A stretch of DNA of 63,996 nt, filler included, from Vicugna vicugna (GCA_013265495.1; 74 parts of 73 records of this genome joined end to end with filler, not necessarily neighbours in it); one strand, 5' to 3'; shown: positions 52,323 to 63,741, numbered from the whole stretch's first letter. Notes: generated from the letters alone by a model not told the origin. Made by a program: numbers and translations.

Positions 52323-52486
52323 TCATCTTTTACTTTTTGCCTTAGCTGCCAAGAATCTTACAGCTGAATTTCTACTCGGCCTTTAANNNNNNNNNNNNNN
52401 NNNNNNNNNNNNNNNNNNNNNNNNNNNNNNTTAATTAATTAANNNNNNNNNNNNNNNNNNNNNNNNNNNNNNNNNNNNNNNNNNNN

Positions 52487-53048
52487 TAAACTACAACCCA
52501 CAACTTGGGAATTACTGTGACCCCTAAAAAAAGTTTGTGCTCTTTCCCCACGTCCAGCACACACAGGAAGAAGTGTTCTGGGGTTCTGAGTGTGGGGAGG
52601 TTCCTCCAACAGACAGCAGCACCTGGGTTTTAATAGAATCCCTTAGCTTGACTTCCCTAAGTGTTTTCCTAGGCCTAGCAGTAAGCGATGGTGGGGGATG
52701 GGCTCTAAAGCCAAGTATTAGCGAGTGCATCTCTGTGGGTAGTGGAGGGTTTTAAACTACTTCCCCAACCTTGGAACACCTGTGCCCCATAAAGATGCGT
52801 GGAATCTGTTTCCCCACCTCCAGCACACACACGGAGACGTGCTCAGGTATCCTGATTGTGGGGAGGCTCCTCCAAATGACAGCAGGGCCTGGGATCTAAA
52901 AGAATCCCTTAGCATGTCTTACCTGATTGCATGCATAGGCTGGAGAGTGGGGGAAAGTGGGGGTTGGGCTCTAAACCAAGTATTAGCGAGAGCCTATCCA
53001 TGGGATGTGGGTTTTTAACCTACAACCCAGGACCATGGAATAAATGTG
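52487..53048. repeat. Satellite D, two ungapped diverged monomers
   Basis: TAA(A/C)CTAC anchor at 52487, 52753, 53016 (spacing 266, 263). Confidence 0.92.
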
Positions 53049-53454
53049 NNNNNNNNNNNNNNNNNNNNNNNNNNNNNNNNNNNNNNNNNNNNNNNNNNNN
53101 NNNNNNNNNNNNNNNNNNNNNNNNNNNNNNNNNNNNNNNNNNNNNNNNNNNNNNNNNNNNNNNNNNNNNNNNNNNNNNNNNNNNNNNNNNNNNNNNNNNN
53201 NNNNNNNNNNNNNNNNNNNNNNNNNNNNNNNNNNNNNNNNNNNNNNNNNNNNNNNNNNNNNNNNNNNNNNNNNNNNNNNNNNNNNNNNNCCTTTTCCTCC
53301 ATTCATCTCGGTGCAGTGGGGTTGCACATCTCTCCCACACCTAAGAATGTGTTCNNNNNNNNNNNNNNNNNNNNNNNNNNNNNNNNNNNNNNNNNNNNTT
53401 AATTAATTAANNNNNNNNNNNNNNNNNNNNNNNNNNNNNNNNNNNNNNNNNNNN

Positions 53455-54060
53455 AGAAGAAAATAACTAGGAACAAATTTAACCAAGGATGTGAAAGACA
53501 TGTGCTCAAAAAACTATAAACCATTGAGTAAGAAGTTAAAGACACAAATAAACAGAAAAACACTCTGTACTCATGGACTGGAAGAATTACTAGTATTAAA
53601 TTATTGATTCTACCCAAAACTATCAACAAATTCTCTGCAACATCAATACAATGTTCAATGATATGTTTCTTTGAAATGGAAATAACAACCCTGCTATTAA
53701 TATAGAACACCTAAGGACCCTGAACAGCCAGGGAAGTTCTGAGAAAGAAGGACACAACTGGAGGCATCTCCCTCCCTAGCATCAAACTGTATCATGACCT
53801 CCCTAGCATCAAACTGTATCATGGAGCTGTAGTGACCACAACAGTGAGGAACCAGCACAGACACACAGATGAGCGTAACAGCATAAAGAGCCCAGAGATA
53901 AACCCGCATGACTGTGGCCAGTTAATTCATGAAAATGGGGCCAAGGATATACAAAGAGGGAGGGACACTCCCCTCCATAAACATTGCCAGGAAAATGGGA
54001 CACCATGCACCAAAGAACATCACTGGTCACCATCTCCACTGCACACAAAACTAACTAAAA
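53455..54060 (+). mobile_element. LINE-1 ORF2 fragment downstream of RT, decayed
   Basis: CTAGGAACAAATTTAACCAAGGATGTGAAAGA, CTCATGGACTGGAAGAATTA and AGAGCCCAGAGATAAACCC. Confidence 0.88.
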
Positions 54061-54286
54061 CCCCAGTTTTCCACATTAACCTCTTTCTGAGGTTCCACTG
54101 AAGACAGATCTCCCCCAAACAGTCAGCTGCACACAGGAAGTTTCTCCCCACTTGGCCTTTTTTTCCTCTTATTGTGCCTTTTCACANNNNNNNNNNNNNN
54201 NNNNNNNNNNNNNNNNNNNNNNNNNNNNNNTTAATTAATTAANNNNNNNNNNNNNNNNNNNNNNNNNNNNNNNNNNNNNNNNNNNN

Positions 54287-54808
54287 ATATCCAAAGGAAG
54301 CTCTAATTTGAAAATATACATGCACCCCAATTTTCACAGCAGCACTATTTACTATAACTAGGACATGAAAGCAACCTAAGTGTCCATCGACAGGTGACTG
54401 GATAAAGAAACTGTGGTAGATTTATACAATGGAATACTACTCAGCCATAAAAAAGAATAAAATAGTGCCACTTGTAACAACATGGATGGACTTGGAGATC
54501 ATAACTTAAGTGAAGTCAGCCAGAAAGAGAAAGAAAAATACCATATGCTATACTCATATGTGGAATCTAAAAAAAAAAGAAAAATGAAATTATTTACAAA
54601 ACAGAAACAGACTCACACAGATAGGAAACAAACTTATGGTTACTGGCGGAAAAGGTGGTGGTGGGAAGGGATAAATTGGGAGTTCAAGATTTGCAGATAC
54701 TAACTACTATATATAAAATAGATAAACAATATATTTCTCCTGTATAGCACAGGGAATTTTCAGTATCTTGTAGTCACCTATAATGAAAAAGAATATGAAA
54801 AGGGTTAT
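54287..54808 (+). mobile_element. LINE-1 ORF2 end and 3' UTR
   Basis: GAAAGCAACCTAAGTGTCCATCGACAG.TGACTGGATAAAGAA and CTGTATAGCACAGGGAA. Confidence 0.92.
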
Positions 54809-54908
54809 NNNNNNNNNNNNNNNNNNNNNNNNNNNNNNNNNNNNNNNNNNNNTTAATTAATTAANNNNNNNNNNNNNNNNNNNNNNNNNNNNNNNNNNNN
54901 NNNNNNNN

Positions 54909-55743
54909 CCGAATTCATCATGCATGAATCATGTACGGAATCCGGAATGCCATGCTGATGGAATTCATGTAAATTACATATCTGATTGGTGGAAATAGCT
55001 CCAGAAGTATTTTTCTGTGATAGATGCACGAATTAGAAACTGGTGTTATGTAAAGCTTGTGAAAAAGAGTACACGTGTCTAGATGAAAACAATCATTTTA
55101 TAGAGGATGAAAGGACAGTAATCCACATGCTCTCAACTCAGGAATGCATGTTTGTCGAATCCGTCATGCATACAACATGTTCGAAACGCGGAATATCATG
55201 TAGATTGAATCTATTCAAATTATATATCTCTTGGGTAGAAATGCTCCAAGAGGTTTTTTCTGGAATCAATGTGTGATTCTTGAAACTGGTGATAGGAAGA
55301 AGAAAAGAAGTCAAAGTAAATATTGCAAATTGCATTGGTAACTTGTTTTCTGGTTGAAACTTGAGTCATGCGAATGATCCCAACACTGACATGCATGTTT
55401 GAGGAATCCGTTTTGCATGAAACGTTCGGAATACGGAATGCTCTGGTTATGTAAACAATGTAAATTACATATGTATTGGTGGGAATATGCTCAAAGAGTG
55501 TTTTCTGGTGCCAAATGTCCGATTTTAGAAACTGGTGATACAATAAAACCTATGAAGACAGAAGAAATATTTGTAAAAGAATATATGCCTTGTTTGGTGG
55601 ATGAAAGTTCAGTAATCCTCATGCTCACATCTCAGAAACTCATGTTTGTCAAATCTGACATGCATGTAGCATGTACGGAAACCGGAATGCCATTTAGTTG
55701 GATTCTATTCACATCACATATATCTAGGGTAGATTTCGCTCCA
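54909..55743 (+). repeat. Satellite B, full trimer plus variant junction
   Basis: Subunit anchors at 54930, 55176, ~55423, 55670 (trimer 740 bp). Confidence 0.95.
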
Positions 55744-55843
55744 NNNNNNNNNNNNNNNNNNNNNNNNNNNNNNNNNNNNNNNNNNNNTTAATTAATTAAN
55801 NNNNNNNNNNNNNNNNNNNNNNNNNNNNNNNNNNNNNNNNNNN

Positions 55844-56635
55844 TGTCTCTCGAGCTCCCCCACGCACTGACAATATTTCCAGAATCCTCGGCGTGTGGAG
55901 GTTCCAACAATGGTCGGCAGCGCATGGGCTCTAACGGAATGCCTAAGCTAGTCTCCCCTGAGGGTTTTCCTAATGTCTCTGTGCCAGGGAATGCTAGGGG
56001 TGATTGCAGGTTATCCCAGTGTCAGAGGCTGCCTCCCTAAGTTCAGGGAAAGTATTTCTCGGACTTCCCCANNNNNNNNNNNNNNNNNNNNNNNNNNNNN
56101 NNNNNNNNNNNNNNNNNNNNNNNNNNNNNNNNNNNNNNNNNNNNNNNNNNNNNNNNNNNNNNNNNNNNNNNNNNNNNNNNNNNNNNNNNNNNNNNNNNNN
56201 NNNNNNNNNNNNNNNNNNNNNNNNNNNNNNNNNNNNNNNNNNNNNNNNNNNNNNNNNNNNNNNNNNNNNNNNNNNNNNNNNNNNNNNNNNNNNNNNNNNN
56301 NNNNNNNNNNNNNNNNNNNNNNNNNNNNNNNNNNNNNNNNNNNNNNNNNAAGAGAGCTGCGTGGAGTTGTCTCTCGAGCTCCCACACGCACTGACAATGG
56401 TTCCGGAATCCTGAGCGTGGGGAGGTTCCACCAACGGTCGGCAGCGCGTGGGTTCTAACGGAATGCCTAAGCTAGTGTCCCCTGAGTGTTTTCCTGATAT
56501 CTCTGTGCCAGGGAATGCTAGGGGTGTTTGCAGGATAACCCAGTGTCAGAGGCTCCCTCCCCTATGTCAGGGAAGGTATTTCTCGGCGTTCCCAGAACAG
56601 GGAACATCTGTGACTGTAGAGAGCTGCGTGGAGTT
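55844..56635 (-). repeat. Satellite A fragment (reverse)
   Basis: A core in reverse. Confidence 0.95.
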
Positions 56636-56735
56636 NNNNNNNNNNNNNNNNNNNNNNNNNNNNNNNNNNNNNNNNNNNNTTAATTAATTAANNNNNNNNN
56701 NNNNNNNNNNNNNNNNNNNNNNNNNNNNNNNNNNN

Positions 56736-57352
56736 AGCGCGTGGGTTCTAACGGCATGCCTGAGCTCGTCTCCCCTGAGTTTTTCCCTAATTTCTCTGTG
56801 TCAGGAATGCTAGGGGTGGTTTGCAGGTTATCCCAGTTACAGAGGCTGCCTCCCCAAGGTCAGGGAAGGTATTTCTCGGACTTCCCCGAACAGGGAACAC
56901 CTGTGACTGAAGAGAGCTGCGTGGAGTTGTCTCTCGATCTCCCCCACGCACTGACAATGGNNNNNNNNNNNNNNNNNNNNNNNNNNNNNNNNNNNNNNNN
57001 NNNNNNNNNNNNNNNNNNNNNNNNNNNNNNNNNNNNNNNNNNNNNNNNNNNNNNNNNNNNNCTTGGGATGTTTGCAGGATATCCCAGTGAAAGAGGCGGC
57101 CTCCCCAAGGTGAGGGAAGGTATTTCTCGGACTTCCCCGAACAGGAAACACCTGTGAGTGAACAGAGCTGCGTGGAGTTATCTCTCGAGCTCCCCCACGC
57201 ACTGACATTGCTTCCGGAGTCGTGAGCTTGGGGAGGTTCCACCGACAGTCGGCAGCTCGTGGGTTCAAACGGAAAGCCTAAGCTCGTCTCCCCTGAGGTT
57301 TTTTCCAAATATCTCTGTGCCGGGGAATGCTAGGGGGGTTTGCAGGATATCC
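56736..57352 (-). repeat. Satellite A fragment (reverse)
   Basis: A core in reverse. Confidence 0.95.
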
Positions 57353-57452
57353 NNNNNNNNNNNNNNNNNNNNNNNNNNNNNNNNNNNNNNNNNNNNTTAA
57401 TTAATTAANNNNNNNNNNNNNNNNNNNNNNNNNNNNNNNNNNNNNNNNNNNN

Positions 57453-58057
57453 AATATAGAATACAGTATGCAGAATAAAGAATATAGAATATAGAATATA
57501 TAATGATGAACACAAAATATATAATATAGAATAGTGAATATAGAACCCAGAATTTAGTACATGGAATGCAGAACACAGAATTTAGAATATAGATACATTA
57601 TACTGAATAGAGTATGCAGAATATAGAATATAGAACACAGAATACAGAATATGGAAATCAGAATACAGAAACCAGAATTTAGATCATGGAATGCAGAACA
57701 CAGAATTTAGAATATACAATACAGAATGATGAATATAGAATTTAGAACATAGAATGCAGAACCCAGAATATGGAATACAGAATACTGAATATAGAANNNN
57801 NNNNNNNNNNNNNNNNNNNAGAACACAGAATATAGACTATAGAATACAGAAATAAAATGTGGAATAAAGAATATAGAACACAGAATATAGAATATAAAAT
57901 ACAGAATATAGAATGTAGAGTAGAGAATTTAGAACACAGAATAAGAATATAGAATATAGAATACTGAAAATAATATTTAGAATATAGAATGCAGAACATA
58001 GAATTTAGAATTTAGAATAGAGAATATAAAACCAAGAATTTAGTACATGGAATGCAG
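57453..58057 (+). repeat. Satellite E heptamer array
   Basis: (AGAAYNN)n. Confidence 0.95.
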
Positions 58058-58157
58058 NNNNNNNNNNNNNNNNNNNNNNNNNNNNNNNNNNNNNNNNNNN
58101 NTTAATTAATTAANNNNNNNNNNNNNNNNNNNNNNNNNNNNNNNNNNNNNNNNNNNN

Positions 58158-58928
58158 ACACTTATCTCTCAGAACTTAGCATGTGGTGAGACGTTCGTTC
58201 ATACAGCACACATGAAACGGGTTGATTGAGAAACACTGACTCTGGTTTCTCAGTCTGTTTCCTAGTGCCGGTTTGAAGGGCCTGCCGTTTTCACTGTAAA
58301 TCCGAGTGGGAGCTTGTACCTCCCCATATATATGTATGGAGTGGAGTTTGCAACTGAAAAGAAACTTTGTGTTCCCTTCAAGAAAGTTGAAGGATGGNNN
58401 NNNNNNNNNNNNNNNNNNNNNNNNNNNNNNNNNNNNNNNNNNNNNNNNNNNNNNNNNNNNNNNNNNNNNNNNNNNNNNNNNNNNNNNNNNNNNNNNNNNN
58501 NNNNNNNNNNNNNNNNNNNNNNNNNNNNNNNNNNNNNNNNNNNNNNNNNNNNNNNNNNNNNNNNNNNNNNNNNNNNNNNNNNNNNNNNNNNNNNNNNNNN
58601 NNNNNNNNNNNNNNNNNNNNNNNNNNNNNNNNNNNNNNNNNNNNNNNNNNNNNNNNNNCTGAGCATGTGGAGAGACGTTCGTTCATCCAGCACAAACGGA
58701 ACGGGTTGCAGGAGAAACCCTTACTCTGATTTCTCAGTCTGTTTCCTAGTGCCGGTTTGAAGTGCCTGCCGTTTTCACTGTAGAACCGAGTTGGAGCTTG
58801 TACCTCCCCACATATATGTAGGGAGTGGAGTTTGTAACTGAAAAAAAACTTTGTGTTCCCTTCAAGCTAGGTGAAGGGCGACATCACACACACTTATCTG
58901 TCAGAACTGAGCATGTGGAGAGACGTTA
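58158..58928 (-). repeat. Satellite C (reverse)
   Basis: TTTCTCAGTCTGTTTCCTAGTGCCGGTTTGA is the reverse complement of the 17697-17727 region. Confidence 0.92.
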
Positions 58929-59144
58929 NNNNNNNNNNNNNNNNNNNNNNNNNNNNNNNNNNNNNNNNNNNNTTAATTAATTAANNNNNNNNNNNNNNNN
59001 NNNNNNNNNNNNNNNNNNNNNNNNNNNNGCACTGTCAGTTCTGAGAATCAGGGGAGTCTCGTGGGTAGGACAGAACCCTGACACACATGGCACCCCACCA
59101 CCCCGTGAGACAGCATTGTCGATGCTCAGGTGACCCGATGTAGA

Positions 59145-59315
59145 CGGCGGTGTTAAACCTGAGCATGTTTAGTGATCCTGGTGGCTATGAAAATACAGAC
59201 TACCAGTCCCTAACTCTGGAGACTCTGAGGGTGTGCACCCCAGAATCCTGCATTTTAAGAAGCACTTTAACGAATCCTGATGAAGAGATCTGAGTGTCCC
59301 ACGGAGAAACACTGG
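59145..59315. mobile_element. MER5A/B-like hAT-Charlie MITE relic
   Basis: AAACCTGAGCATG...CCTGG...AAAATACAGA...AGAATCCTGCATTTTAAGAAGCAC...GAGAAACACTG is collinear with MER5 as recalled. Confidence 0.65.
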
Positions 59316-59612
59316 TGTGCGAGGCACCAATATTGAGGATTCTCAGGGAACGAACGATGTCTTTTCAGGATGGTCCAAGGGACCTCACTTTAGACTTTTG
59401 CCTTGGGTTTAATTGTATGTGTTCAGAAGTGATGTATTTCACTTCCAGTGTTTGTCAGCATGCTCTTGCAGGGATTTACTCTCAGTAGATGGCAAAAACT
59501 ATGATTCTTCAGNNNNNNNNNNNNNNNNNNNNNNNNNNNNNNNNNNNNNNNNNNNNTTAATTAATTAANNNNNNNNNNNNNNNNNNNNNNNNNNNNNNNN
59601 NNNNNNNNNNNN

Positions 59613-60515
59613 CTTGGTTTTAATACAATCCCTTTGCTTGACTTCCCTGATGGTTTGCCTAGGCCTGTGTGTGGTTGAAAGTGTGATTTGGGATCTAAAA
59701 GTATTAGCGTGTGCCTCTCCATGGGCAGTGGAGATGTTTAAACTACAACCCACAATTTTGGAATTACTGTGACCCCTGAAAAATGCGTGTGCTATGTTTC
59801 CCCACGTCCAGCACACACAGGAAGAAGTGTTCTGGGGTTCTGAGTGTGGGGAGGTTCCTCCAACAGACAGCAGCACCTGGGTTTTAATAGAATCCATTAG
59901 CTNNNNNNNNNNNNNNNNNNNNNNNNNNNNNNNNNNNNNNNNNNNNNNNNNNNNNNNNNNNNNNNNNNNNNNNNNNNNNNNNNNNNNNNNNNNNNNNNNN
60001 NNNNNNNNNNNNNNNNNNNNNNNNNNNNNNNNNNNNNNNNNNNNNNNNNNNNNNNNNNNNNNNNNNNNNNNNNNNNNNNNNNNNNNNNNNNNNNNNNNNN
60101 NNNNNNNNNNNNNNNNNNNNNNNNNNNNNNNNNNNNNNNNNNNNNNNNNNNNNNNNNNNNNNNNNNNNNNNNNNNNNNNNNNNNNNNNNNNNNNNNNNNN
60201 NNNNNNNNNNNNNNNNNNNNNNNNNNNNNNNNNNNNNNNNNNNNNNNNNNNNNNNNNNNNNNNNNNNNNNNNNNNNNNNNNNNNNNNNNNGCCCCCTGAA
60301 CTTTGACTGTTTCCCTACATCCAGCACACACGCGAAGAATTATTCTGGTATTCTTAGTGTGGGAAAGTTTCTCAAACAGACAGCAGCACCTGGGTTCTAT
60401 TAGTATCCCTTACCTTCTGTTCCCTGAGTGTTCCTTTAGGCCAGGCCATGAGGGAAAGCCTTTGTTTGGGCTTGGGGGCAAAGTAGCAGAGAGTGCCCCC
60501 TGATCAACTGAGGAA
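59613..60515. repeat. Satellite D fragment
   Basis: 59799-59902 matches 52545-52648, and 60301-60336 matches 7403-7438. Confidence 0.9.
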
Positions 60516-60615
60516 NNNNNNNNNNNNNNNNNNNNNNNNNNNNNNNNNNNNNNNNNNNNTTAATTAATTAANNNNNNNNNNNNNNNNNNNNNNNNNNNNN
60601 NNNNNNNNNNNNNNN

Positions 60616-61115
60616 CCAAGTACAGGTTTTTTGCCCTCTTAATTAGTTTTATTCCTAGGTTTCTATTCCTTTTGATGGATGGTAAATGGATTTGATTTCT
60701 TAATTTCTGCTTCTGATAGTTTGTTCTAAATGTACAGAAATGTAACAGATTTTTGAATAATAATTTTGCATCCTGAAACTTTACTGAATTCATTGATGAG
60801 TTATAGTAGTCTTTTGGTGGCATCTTTACGATTTTCTATTTTTAATATCATCTGCAAATAGTGAGTTTTACTTCTTTCTTTCTAATTTGGATTTCTTATA
60901 TTTCTTTTTGTGATCAGTGTGGGTAGGACTTCCAACATTATGTTGGATAAAAAGGATAAGATTGGGCATTCTTCTCTTGCTCCTGATCAAGGAGATGCTT
61001 TTAGCTTTTCACTGTTCAGTAGGATGTGAACTGTGGGTTTATCATATATGGCCTTTATTTTGATGAAGTATGTTCCCTCTTATACCCACTTTCTGAAGGT
61101 TTTTTTTATTATAAA
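60616..61115 (-). mobile_element. LINE-1 ORF2 reverse-transcriptase fragment (pseudogenised)
   Basis: Minus 60847-60858 TTTGCAGATGAT = FADD catalytic motif, followed by LINEFSKVSG.K. Confidence 0.92.
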
Positions 61116-61119
61116 TATA

Positions 61120-61263
61120 TGTTTTTAATATACGTTTATTGAAGTATAGTTATATTCAGATGTTGTGTCAATTTCTGGTGTACAACACAATCCTTCAGTC
61201 ATACAGGAACATACATAAATTCCTTTTCATATTCTTTTTAATCTTAAGTTACTACAAGATATT
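61120..61263 (-). mobile_element. Second LINE-1 3' terminus abutting or nested in the RT fragment
   Basis: TTTATTGAAGTATAG...GTTGTGTCAATTTCTGGTGTACA...TTCAGTCATACA, homologous to 14715-14790. Confidence 0.75.
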
Positions 61264-61363
61264 NNNNNNNNNNNNNNNNNNNNNNNNNNNNNNNNNNNNN
61301 NNNNNNNTTAATTAATTAANNNNNNNNNNNNNNNNNNNNNNNNNNNNNNNNNNNNNNNNNNNN

Positions 61364-62113
61364 ATGTTGTTGGAATACATGTAAATTACAAATCTGTTAA
61401 GTGGAAATCGCTCCAGAACTATTTTTCTGGGGAAAATGCACGAATTCGAACCTGGTGTTATGGAAAGCTTGTGAAAATGTGTACACGTGTCTAGATGAAA
61501 ATATTCCTTTTATTGAGGATGAAAGATTAGTAATCCACATGCTCTCAACTCAGGAATGCATGTTTGTCAAATCCGTCACATGTATGTAGCATGTAAGGAA
61601 CACAGAATATCATGTAGATGGAATCTACTCAAATTAAATATCTCTAGGGTAGAATTCGATCCAAGAGGTTTTTTCTGGGATCAAAGTGTGATTCTTAAAA
61701 CTGGTGATAGGCAGATGCTACGAAGTGAAAATAAATATTTCATAGTGCATTGGTAACTTGTTTCTTGGTTGAAACATCAGCCATGCGCATGTTCACAAAT
61801 AAGAAATTCAAGTTTGAGGAATCTGTGATGCATGAAACATGTTCGTAATACAGAAAGCCATGGTTATTTAAACAATGTAAATTACATGTGTATTTGTTAG
61901 AATTTGNNNNNNNNNNNNNNNNNNNNNNNNNNNNNNNNNNNNNNNNNNNNNNNNNNNNNNAACCTGGTGATAGAAAAATCTATGAAGTCAGAGTAAATAA
62001 TTCTAAGTGTATATAAGCATTGTTTGGTGGATGAAGGTCAGTAATCCACATGCTCACTAGTCACAAAGGCATGATTGCCGAATCCGTCACGCATGTAGCA
62101 TGTACGGAACCCG
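61364..62113 (+). repeat. Satellite B, about one trimer
   Basis: Three subunits in canonical order. Confidence 0.94.
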
Positions 62114-62213
62114 NNNNNNNNNNNNNNNNNNNNNNNNNNNNNNNNNNNNNNNNNNNNTTAATTAATTAANNNNNNNNNNNNNNNNNNNNNNNNNNNNNNN
62201 NNNNNNNNNNNNN

Positions 62214-62780
62214 TAACATTTATATGGAATCACAAAAGACCCAGAATTGCCATAGCACAGCTGAAGAAAAAGAACAAGGCTGCAGAAATAATCCTCCCTG
62301 ACTTCAGACAATACTACAGAGCTACAGCCATCAAAACAGCATGGCATTGGTACAAAACAGACCTACGGACCAATGGAACAGAATGGAGAGCCCAGAAATG
62401 AACCCACAAACTTTTGGTCAATTAATCTTTGACAAAGGAGGCAAGAACATACAATGGAATAAAGACAATCTCTTCAGCAAGTTGTTTTGGGAAAACTGAA
62501 CAGCAGCAATGTAAATCAATAAAGCAAGAATACTCCCTCACATCATGTACAAAACTAAACTCAAAATCGATTAAAGACTTAAACATAAGACAAGTCACAA
62601 TAAACCTCCTAGAAGAAAACATAGGCAAAACATTATCTCACATATATCTNNNNNNNNNNNNNNNNNNNNNNNNNNNNNNNNNNNNNNNNNNNNNNNNNNN
62701 NNNNNNNNNNNNNNNNNNNAATGGGATCTAATTAAACTTACAAGCTTTTGGACAGCAAAGGAAATCATAAGCAAAACCAA
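62214..62780 (+). mobile_element. LINE-1 ORF2 fragment with frameshift and stop
   Basis: Translates [40 protein letters not shown], then shifts frame to [39 protein letters not shown]. Confidence 0.93.
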
Positions 62781-63417
62781 TACCCTGTAAGACCTCATCA
62801 TCCTTTGCATCCCATACCTACCATGATGAAAAGTCCACCACTCCTCTGACAAGAGCCCATTATTGACTCTAACATCTCCATCCTCCACACCGCTACCTCA
62901 CTTCACCTTTAGAAGGCCACTAGCCTAGTTGATTCCCATATTTTTCTCCTGTCATTTCCACCAGTGTCGATCTAGATTCTCCCAAANNNNNNNNNNNNNN
63001 NNNNNNNNNNNNNNNNNNNNNNNNNNNNNNTTAATTAATTAANNNNNNNNNNNNNNNNNNNNNNNNNNNNNNNNNNNNNNNNNNNNATGTATTAATATTC
63101 CCTTCTTACATTTCCATGACAAACAAAAAAAATGTCATGAGCCAAAAAAAAAAAAACCCAAGGAGAAGCTTATAAAACTAGATATGAATCTCAGCATTAA
63201 CAGCTGAACAGAGAAGGGAACTAAAACGCTTTAATTACAAAACCACAAGTCGATGATAAAGTGTGTAGAAACTGAAAATTTACAAACTATTTAAAACATT
63301 AAAACCTGGAATAGCTGACTGAGAAACTACACACATGGATCATGGGTGGGGGTGAACAGCAGAAAGGGATTATGGATGAACAGAATTTAGAGCTTTTTAA
63401 CTAAAAGGCCATATATT

Positions 63418-63610
63418 CCTTTTTCTTTTTATTGAGTGATAGTCATTTTATAATGTTGTATCAAATTCTTGTGTAGCGCACAAGTTTTCAGTTATACGCA
63501 AACGTATATATATTCATTGTCACATTTTTTTTCCTTTGTGAGCTACCACAAGATCTTGTATATATTACCCCATGCTATTCAGTATAGTCTTTTTAATCTC
63601 CTTTTTAAAA
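63418..63610 (-). mobile_element. LINE-1 3' UTR terminus
   Basis: Homologous to 14700-14880 (TTTATTGA...TCATTTTA...TCAAATT...CATTGTCACATT). Confidence 0.8.
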
Positions 63611-63741
63611 TTTTTTACCACAAATTCCTTTTTTGTTTTTANNNNNNNNNNNNNNNNNNNNNNNNNNNNNNNNNNNNNNNNNNNNTTAATTAATTAANNN
63701 NNNNNNNNNNNNNNNNNNNNNNNNNNNNNNNNNNNNNNNNN

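Noticed and set aside
55043..55791. ORFs of 60-130 aa in satellite B
   Set aside because: Frames and stops are not conserved among the 13 copies
124..60331. Many long ORFs made mostly of X
   Set aside because: Read-through of N gaps, with no coding evidence
60616..62780. Apparent long L1 ORF2 or RT system spanning neighbouring scaffolds
   Set aside because: The pieces are on opposite strands, separated by linkers and a satellite scaffold, and each is frameshifted
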